Shown one piece after another: positions 62,661 through 64,000 of a DNA stretch of 64,000 bases. Source of the DNA: Haliotis rufescens (taxonomy: Eukaryota). The first letter of the stretch is position 1; each line of letters opens with the position of its first letter. The position numbers were made by a program, and so were the translations under genes. The DNA is taken from assembly GCF_023055435.1 (NCBI RefSeq), contig NW_025963791.1, forward strand, positions 6,200,001 through 6,264,000, in the 5' to 3' direction. The notes beneath the pieces were generated by a model. It was given only the letters and a program-made list of their open reading frames with translations. It was not told the origin of the DNA and made no database searches.

Positions 62661-62925
62661 CCCGTGAAGAGCCGGGTTAGAATAGGTCTTCAGGAACCAA
62701 TGCTTGCCGTAAAAGGTGACCATGCTTGTCGTAAGAGGCGACTAACGGGATCGGGTGGTCAGGCTCGCTGACTAGGTTGATGCATGTCATCGATCCCAAT
62801 TGCATGGATCGATGCTCATGATGTCAATCACTGGATTGTCTGGTCCAGACTCGATTATTTACAGACCGCCGTCATATAGCTGGAATACTGCTGAGTGTGG
62901 CGTTAAACAACAAACCAACAAACAA
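62661..62925 (+). mobile_element. Family B, full length reference copy
   Basis: Perfect 14-bp TSD acatgatggggatg (62647-62660, 62926-62939) places the 5' end exactly at CCCGTGAAG. Confidence 0.92.
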
Positions 62926-64000
62926 ACATGATGGGGATGACTCGAATCTATAAACGTCCTGCATCCCTTTGGACTTTTCTCCCACATCAACACCCCGTTA
63001 CTGAAATACTGTTTGAAGCGACATTAAACCTATGCGCTCACTATAAACACTATAAATAGTCACTTGGTTATACACATGATTACCGTTTTTAACGTGATTT
63101 TTCACTTTTGTAAGTTATCACAAGTGTTCAAGTACGCACATATAGCCATTACCCCGACTTACTAAAAATACAAATATGTTCTCATGTCTATAAGACATAA
63201 TTCTATTGGAACGCTACGCCGTTAGTTTAACCAGGTTCCAGACCTGATTGTGTTGTAGAAGCCACGGGTGATATTATGAGGCGACCTATTCCACGAACTA
63301 GCTGACACGGGCATAATACAATAACGCCCCATAAATAATCATTATCGCCATCCTGAAAATTACCAGACCGTACATAATATCTATTTTGAGCTGACTGTTT
63401 TCAATAATCTGATAATCTTCACCAAAGCACAGGCTGACTATGTTTTGCCCATCACCGCAACAGACAATAGAGTTAGACAAAGACAGTTTGCTTCACTTCA
63501 CTCACGAGTCGGAATCTATATAAACAATAGTGTGCCACGCGTGATTTATCCTCGTAAACATTCATGATGAATTCAGTCAATGTTGATCTGATTTCTTTAT
63601 TACTTTACAAAGTTTTTTTCGAAAGATATTTTTTCGAACAATGAGAGCTGATGGATATGTTGTTGTTTTTAATGAAAAAATAGTTCTTGAAGATATATAA
63701 AAGTCTATATTTCTCCAAATAGACGCAGTGTATGCAGCGTTAGAGACGGGTGCTATATTTTCTATGTATTTCTAAATTGACACATAGCTTTCAATAGGTT
63801 TAAATTTGCTTAAGTTTTAATAAGGAGGCTTGTGTCCTCTATGGTAGTAATATAGCTGAATATGGCTTTTCAAATAAATAAAAGCGAAAAAACCCTTTCC
63901 TTATTCATAAGGAATATCTGCCAAAAACAGATTCGATTGTACGATTCCGACTGTATCTTAAGCAGGTGTGTATGAATCACTATCAAATGGTGGTGATACC

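Noticed and set aside
62661-62760. Canonical HDV-like ribozyme call for the family B head
   Set aside because: P1, P1.1 and the 3-bp P3/7-nt L3 cannot be placed inside the TSD-defined element; only the 3' half resembles HDV

Overview
Eukaryotic, repeat-rich animal DNA. The SINE repertoire suggests a gastropod mollusc, probably abalone (Haliotis); this is inference. The one host gene supported is the 5' part of a + strand receptor-type (membrane) guanylyl cyclase, Gyc32E/Gyc76C-like. Three coding exons (1975-2352, 40501-40804, 61147-61293) splice in frame into a signal peptide plus an ANF-receptor-type ectodomain, separated by introns of 38.1 and 20.3 kb. Almost all other ORFs in the track are repeat-derived or spurious. 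The introns hold four short retroposon families that share a covarying 3' stem-loop tail: A (tRNA-Asp-like head), B (no tRNA head), C (tRNA head + Meta-like domain) and D (tRNA-Leu-like head + V-like domain). They also hold a CORE-like SINE, remnants of Naiad-type and GIY-YIG Penelope-like elements, RLE-LINE and Tc1 remnants, MITEs, several minisatellites and one N gap. The most interesting signal is the head of family B. Its TSD-defined 5' end is a ~75-nt pseudoknotted RNA with compensatory base changes between copies in this window, and it matches no ribozyme class I can map exactly. It is a candidate new ribozyme or structured head of a non-autonomous retrotransposon. A second candidate structured RNA lies in the 3' region of the Naiad-like elements. 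Coordinates of degenerate repeats are approximate.
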